Of a DNA stretch of 64,000 nucleotides, positions 59,144 through 64,000 are shown in pieces. This DNA is from an uncultured Burkholderiales bacterium (lineage in GTDB: Bacteria > Pseudomonadota > Gammaproteobacteria > Burkholderiales > Eutrophovitaceae), in the NCBI GenBank assembly GCA_963925895.1, contig CAWUVH010000005.1, positions 10,035 through 74,034 of the forward strand, in the 5' to 3' direction. The translations under genes were made by a program, and so were the position numbers. How positions within the stretch are numbered: the stretch's first letter is position 1; each line of letters begins with the position of its first letter. The notes beneath the pieces were generated by a model that was not told where the DNA came from, ran no database searches, and saw only the letters and a program-made list of their open reading frames with translations.

Positions 59144-61881
59144 TTTGGTCGCCACGAAAAATCCTTTCGACATACACCCTGCACATCACAGTAGCGACAA
59201 ATAGACGGCGCACCATTAGCGGGTAACGCCTCCCCTTTCTCTAACTGACCAAAAAGGCTCTCCAAGCGATTTAAATTTTGTTCAATTGTAGATCCAATAT
59301 CGTCCGTTTCTAAATCCACTACAGCTACAGTGCTTTTATCTAAAGACAAGTACATTGCCTCAGTTTTCTTGTCGGGTTGAAGGGACACATACGATACTAA
59401 TTGGGCATGCTCATCGTAAGAAGAAATGATTTTTTTTAAAATGCTCTTATTCTGAACTTTGTAATCAATGACTACCCTCTTTCGCTCTCCATTGACAACA
59501 TGCTCATCAATTCGATCCACCCTCCCGTATAATTTTCCAGATAAACCACCTGTAGTCATGAAATTTCGCTCAAAATCTGCTTCCATTTCAACAATAGTCC
59601 AGCCGGATTTTTCCCTCTGCACCTGCCACTCAATGTACTGTTTAAACAAACCCCCAAGCCGATTCATCCAACCATAAACGACGCCTCTTGGCCCTACAAG
59701 CGTTGCCAACGTGTCTCGGGCAATAATAATCATCTCCTGTTGCAGAACTTCTAAATCAACATTCGTGCATCTCGGATATCGGATATGAAACTTCTCAAGC
59801 ACTTTATGAATGACATTGCCCAACTCGCGCTTGCTTGGATCCGCATCAAGCGCATCAGGCTCTCGAGTCCGTAACACATAACGCACAAAAAACTGGTAGG
59901 GGCAATCGAGCAAACTTTGATAACCGCTAACCGATATTTGCGTCGGAATTTCCGATGGGTCGATACTAATATGCGGCTCCGGCAAAGGCTCATACTTGCC
60001 TTGTAATTCCCTTTGCCGCTCTTCAAACGAGTGAAGCCGAGACTCTAGCTCTGCGTCTCTTAGGTCATCCCCCCAAAGCACAATGTGGCACAACCGAAAA
60101 TTTTCAAACCAAGAGCTTAAGAGATTATCTTCATTATCTTTTTGCCCCTGCCAAGTAACGAAGGCTGCTTGGCTCGAGAGTAAAAATCCAAGCAAGTCGA
60201 CCTTATCCGCATGTATAAAGTCCTCGGTCGTCCTCAAATCTAATTGGGCTCGGACTCCATCGCCAAAATGAAGACTTTTAAACTGAGCTAATGGAAAATT
60301 ACTGTCATCCGCTCCAGCAAAGATTACTCCATCAAAACTTCTAAGTCGTGCTGCGCTGAGGTGGGTAAAGCTAATCGGGCTGTCTATCTGTGCATCTTTA
60401 AATGTGCTGGCTTCAAGTTGCGTTTTGAACCAATCCAACCAGGTGATGAAACTAACTTTTCTATCGAGGTGATAAAGCTCAGCATCTAACGTATCTAGTA
60501 ATTGTAATAACTGAATCCCTGCAGCGTCCTGTTCGAGAATATGTTTAATATCCGCAAAATACAGACTCAACAAAACAGATTCTATCCAATCCCGATGATT
60601 TCTAGATCTTAGACTATCGAATTGACGCTTCACTTCGCCTAGCTTATCAGCAACCTCTTTCGCCAGGTCAGTACCAGTTTCTTCTGCTATCTTGTGAAAG
60701 CCAATCGCAGCAGTCATTTTTTTGTTTTTCTTTAAAGCCTTTTCTAACGCTGCGCGAAGTTGATCTACTCCAAACCTCTGACCGATGGTGGGCCGCTTTA
60801 AGAAACGAATTAACTTTGTGACTTCTAAGTTACAGGCAAGCAACTCCAACCAATCAACTAGTGTGGTGGCAACAGAGGTAGTCGACATTTTCCATCCAAA
60901 TTCGTCTCGCACTAGAATTTCAGACTGCTGCAAAAGCGCCCTAAGACGACGGGCAACTTTTCGATCAAAAGGGATAATTGCAATGTTCTTTTTGCCCGCG
61001 GCTAGCCATTGTTGGATTTTAATCTTAATGGCCTGAACCTCTTGATCCAGGCCAACCGCAGAGAAATAAGTAATCACAGATGACCATGGACTCTCTTCCA
61101 AAAGGGTCGTTTCGGATTGTTTTGCCAGCGGTTTCTTGATTTCGTTTTGATAAACAGTTCTACAAAACTCGGCTCTCAACTCATCACTGGGAGCACTCAC
61201 ATCTGCCTCTAACACAGTGGCACAATTTCGCCTGGCGTAACTCTCTATAAAACTTTGCTCAACAGAACTTAGTTCGGGGTACTTCAGAACATACAACCGT
61301 CTTGTCTCTCGTTCTAACAGACGCGATAAGCGATAACGATAGGCGTATTGTTCGGATGCTCTTCCCTCTCGAATTCCAGAAAAAGCATTCCACGTATCAA
61401 ATAACAATCGCGCTTCAAATCCAACGAGCTTTTGGGAACGAGTTTGATAGGCCTGGGTAAACCGATCGCTCAACGCCTCCAAGTCTAGATTGATGCCAGG
61501 TTGGTATAAGTCTAACTCGCCGATCAGCTCAGCCATGTCAGTTGCCAAATTCCAATTATTGCCCTGATCTAGCCATTGATGCTTCTCGAGTTCGTGGTAA
61601 ATCAGAAGCTCACGGTAACGCTTGGTTTCAACCCCAAAAGGCTGGGGCACTTGGCGCGACCAAGCATCAAAGGTAGTAAAAAAGGGGAGAAGCACTCCGG
61701 TGCCAGCCAATGCCATCAAGCGATGTGAGCAAGCAGAAGCTGAGCTTAAAGAGGGCAAGACAACAACAATGTCGGAAAAATCAAAACTGCCATCAGAATC
61801 TGATCCAGTTAGAATCTGTGAGGCTAGCACATCAATCAGCTGGTGAGGCCATACCTTTTCGTGTCTTAAAATTCCTTCCAT
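59140..61881 (-). CDS. addB: AddB-type PD-(D/E)XK nuclease with Fe-S staple
   Basis: ISVS...CPYQFF, GRVDRID, IDYK, CRYCDVQGVC (1+3 Cys); coupled to addA. Confidence 0.87.
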   Translation of the reverse strand: MEGILRHEKVWPHQLIDVLASQILTGSDSDGSFDFSDIVVVLPSLSSASACSHRLMALAGTGVLLPFFTTFDAWSRQVPQPFGVETKRYRELLIYHELEKHQWLDQGNNWNLATDMAELIGELDLYQPGINLDLEALSDRFTQAYQTRSQKLVGFEARLLFDTWNAFSGIREGRASEQYAYRYRLSRLLERETRRLYVLKYPELSSVEQSFIESYARRNCATVLEADVSAPSDELRAEFCRTVYQNEIKKPLAKQSETTLLEESPWSSVITYFSAVGLDQEVQAIKIKIQQWLAAGKKNIAIIPFDRKVARRLRALLQQSEILVRDEFGWKMSTTSVATTLVDWLELLACNLEVTKLIRFLKRPTIGQRFGVDQLRAALEKALKKNKKMTAAIGFHKIAEETGTDLAKEVADKLGEVKRQFDSLRSRNHRDWIESVLLSLYFADIKHILEQDAAGIQLLQLLDTLDAELYHLDRKVSFITWLDWFKTQLEASTFKDAQIDSPISFTHLSAARLRSFDGVIFAGADDSNFPLAQFKSLHFGDGVRAQLDLRTTEDFIHADKVDLLGFLLSSQAAFVTWQGQKDNEDNLLSSWFENFRLCHIVLWGDDLRDAELESRLHSFEERQRELQGKYEPLPEPHISIDPSEIPTQISVSGYQSLLDCPYQFFVRYVLRTREPDALDADPSKRELGNVIHKVLEKFHIRYPRCTNVDLEVLQQEMIIIARDTLATLVGPRGVVYGWMNRLGGLFKQYIEWQVQREKSGWTIVEMEADFERNFMTTGGLSGKLYGRVDRIDEHVVNGERKRVVIDYKVQNKSILKKIISSYDEHAQLVSYVSLQPDKKTEAMYLSLDKSTVAVVDLETDDIGSTIEQNLNRLESLFGQLEKGEALPANGAPSICRYCDVQGVCRKDFSWRPK

Positions 61882-61908
61882 AGAACCTAACTTATACTAG
61901 GTGCGGAC

Positions 61909-62232
61909 TTACCTTTCCAGTAGATCTCGCTTATTCGGCTTGTTTTGCCACTCTGCAGCATCAGGAGGCGCATCCTTGCGCTCAATAATACTAGGCCACT
62001 GCTTCGCCAATTCGGCATTCAGTTCAATAAAGTCTTTTTGATCCTCTGGCACATCGTCATCAGCGTAAATTGCCTCTTCGGGACACTCTGCAACACAAAG
62101 TGTGCAATCGATGCATTCATCCGGATCGATGACTAACATATTCGGCCCCTCTCGGAAGCAATCCACAGGGCATACATCCACACAATCCGTCCACTTGCAT
62201 TTGATGCAAGTCTCAACCACAACATAAGTCAT
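61909..62232 (-). CDS. fdxA: 7Fe ferredoxin (FdxA type)
   Basis: [17 protein letters not shown] and [12 protein letters not shown]. Confidence 0.93.
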   Translation of the reverse strand: MTYVVVETCIKCKWTDCVDVCPVDCFREGPNMLVIDPDECIDCTLCVAECPEEAIYADDDVPEDQKDFIELNAELAKQWPSIIERKDAPPDAAEWQNKPNKRDLLER

Positions 62233-62545
62233 TGAATCGCCTTAGAATATTTTGACATTAAACTCAACCTAACGGCAGTATTCTAACAAATTGAGAATCG
62301 CCTATCGAATAAAGTCTTATTATAAAACTTAAAGCTTCATCTTTGAGCAGTTCATGCCTCCATTGAGTGATGACAAATAAACAATCCGAATACAAAAATA
62401 TGTTTTATAATGTGTTTTCAGTCAGCAGAATTTCCGGCTGGTGGTGCGAAGAGCTCCAATAACAAAAGTGTCGAGTTTGTGAAGTTTCCAAACTTAAATT
62501 CCCAGACAAATTCTTTTTTACAAACCTAAACTGGATGTTTTAATA

Positions 62546-62872
62546 ATGAGTGAAAAAATTCATCACGTGACAGACGACTCGTTCGAAGACGAAGTTCTTA
62601 ATTCTGAATTACCTGTTTTAGTTGATTATTGGGCTGAGTGGTGCGGGCCATGCAAAATGATTGCCCCCATTCTTGACGAAGTGGCTGCCGAATATTCTGG
62701 AAGACTAAAAATTGCCAAACTGAATATCGACGAAAATCAAGGAACACCGCCTAAATTCGGCATTCGGGGAATCCCAACCTTAATGTTGTTTAAAGCAGGG
62801 AACGCTGAAGCAACTAAGGTAGGCGCACTTTCCAAATCTCAGCTGACGACCTTCATCGACAGTAACATTTAG
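62546..62872 (+). CDS. trxA: Thioredoxin 1
   Basis: [14 protein letters not shown]; upstream of rho. Confidence 0.96.
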   Translation: MSEKIHHVTDDSFEDEVLNSELPVLVDYWAEWCGPCKMIAPILDEVAAEYSGRLKIAKLNIDENQGTPPKFGIRGIPTLMLFKAGNAEATKVGALSKSQLTTFIDSNI

Positions 62873-62968
62873 CCCTCACCTCTCGGCGACTTTACGATTC
62901 CAATTTGCAACAATTGATTCTTTAAAATTTTCCGCTAACTTTTCTCCCTCCTTTTATTTATTCATTTT

Positions 62969-64000
62969 ATGCATCTATCTGAGTTAAAAGACCTCCACAT
63001 TAGCGAGCTAATTGAAATGGCCACCGCTAATGACATTGAAAATGCTAATCGTCTGCGCAAGCAAGATCTCATATTCGCCCTATTGAAAAATCATGGGAAA
63101 AAAGGTGAAAGCATTTCGGGTTCTGGCACGCTAGAAGTCCTTCCAGATGGGTTTGGTTTCCTGCGCTCTCCTGACACGTCATATCTAGCGGGTCCAGACG
63201 ACATCTATATCAGTCCGTCGCAGATAAGAAGATTTAACCTGCATACAGGAGATTCCGTCGAGGGAGAAATCAGAACACCAAAAGAGGGAGAGCGTTACTT
63301 TGCCCTGGTTAAGGTGGACAAAGTCAACGATGAGGTGCCAGAAAACAGTAAACACAAAACACTTTTTGAAAACCTAACACCACTCTTTCCAACAGATAGG
63401 CTTCAAATGGAAAGAGACATTAAATCTGATGAGAATTTAACGGGTCGGATTGTAGATATCATTGCCCCAGTCGGAAAAGGACAAAGGGGACTGCTCGTCG
63501 CCAGCCCGAAAAGTGGCAAAACAGTCATGCTTCAGCATATTGCCCATTCAATTGCATCAAACTACCCAGATGTTTATCTCATCGTGCTTCTCATTGACGA
63601 GCGACCAGAAGAGGTAACCGAAATGCAACGTTCGGTGCGTGGAGAAGTCGTATCATCAACCTTTGATGAGCCGGCAACACGACACGTACAAGTAGCAGAA
63701 ATGGTCATGGAAAAAGCGAAACGTCTTGTTGAAAGTCGAAAAGACGTTGTTATACTTCTCGATTCAATCACCCGCCTCGCTCGTGCTTACAACACTGTTG
63801 CACCAGCCTCAGGGAAGGTACTAAGCGGTGGCGTGGATGCCAACGCACTCCAACGACCGAAACGTTTCTTTGGTGCCGCAAGAAATATTGAGGAAGGCGG
63901 ATCACTCACAATTATTGCAACCGCACTTGTCGATACCGGCTCTCGAATGGATGATGTTATCTATGAGGAATTTAAAGGGACGGGTAACATGGAGATTCAT
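62969..64000 (+). CDS. rho: Transcription termination factor Rho (partial, runs off the edge; not in ORF track)
   Basis: Manual translation MHLSELK...RKQDLIF...[25 protein letters not shown]...GKGQRG..SPKSGKT...DERPEE...[10 protein letters not shown]. Confidence 0.97.
   Translation, partial: MHLSELKDLHISELIEMATANDIENANRLRKQDLIFALLKNHGKKGESISGSGTLEVLPDGFGFLRSPDTSYLAGPDDIYISPSQIRRFNLHTGDSVEGEIRTPKEGERYFALVKVDKVNDEVPENSKHKTLFENLTPLFPTDRLQMERDIKSDENLTGRIVDIIAPVGKGQRGLLVASPKSGKTVMLQHIAHSIASNYPDVYLIVLLIDERPEEVTEMQRSVRGEVVSSTFDEPATRHVQVAEMVMEKAKRLVESRKDVVILLDSITRLARAYNTVAPASGKVLSGGVDANALQRPKRFFGAARNIEEGGSLTIIATALVDTGSRMDDVIYEEFKGTGNMEIH

Noticed and set aside
55904-61881. Helicase plus PD-(D/E)XK nuclease pair as a possible defence system or Cas4-like module
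   Set aside because: Architecture, Fe-S staple and fdxA/trxA-rho context fit housekeeping AddAB; no CRISPR repeats or cas genes.
62233-62545. 313-nt fdxA/trxA spacer with weak stems, possible ncRNA
   Set aside because: Only imperfect AU-rich pairings; adequately explained by divergent promoters.
1-64000. Mobile elements, CRISPR arrays, tRNA/rRNA, riboswitches
   Set aside because: No transposase, integrase or phage ORFs, no regularly spaced repeats and no recognisable RNA gene in the short spacers by visual reading; a covariance-model scan was not possible.

Overview
Gene-dense chromosomal segment with short intergenic spacers and moderate GC (roughly mid-40s % by eye, not computed). It is most likely from a free-living (beta)proteobacterium; this is inferred from the fdxA-addB-addA / trxA-rho block, MaeB, SoxYZ and FeoB-DUF6587-like genes. 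I saw no mobile element, CRISPR array, tRNA or rRNA. About 55 kb is a run of catabolic and redox enzymes; the last ~8 kb is housekeeping. The two most interesting units are: (1) a tightly spaced + strand operon at 21272-26954 (VOC protein, PanE-like reductase, ALDH, Zn-ADH, a fluoroacetate-dehalogenase-type hydrolase with all catalytic and halide-pocket motifs, and a Cif-type epoxide hydrolase), a candidate organohalogen/epoxide catabolic pathway; and (2) a - strand operon at 11157-19014 that joins itaconate/methylsuccinate-type genes (Ict-like, Ich-like, acyl-CoA dehydrogenase; no citramalyl-CoA lyase) to a split ComD/ComE-like ThDP decarboxylase and an ALDH. Also notable: an orphan soxYZ pair, an orphan MdeB-type E1 followed by a TlpA thioredoxin, an HtrA-like protein lacking its catalytic triad, and a TfdA-alpha-like dioxygenase. 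Three CDSs are missing from the ORF track: the N-terminus of a PQQ dehydrogenase (1-591), a 31-aa symporter accessory protein (29376-29471) and the partial rho. All functions come from motif recognition only; no searches were run.
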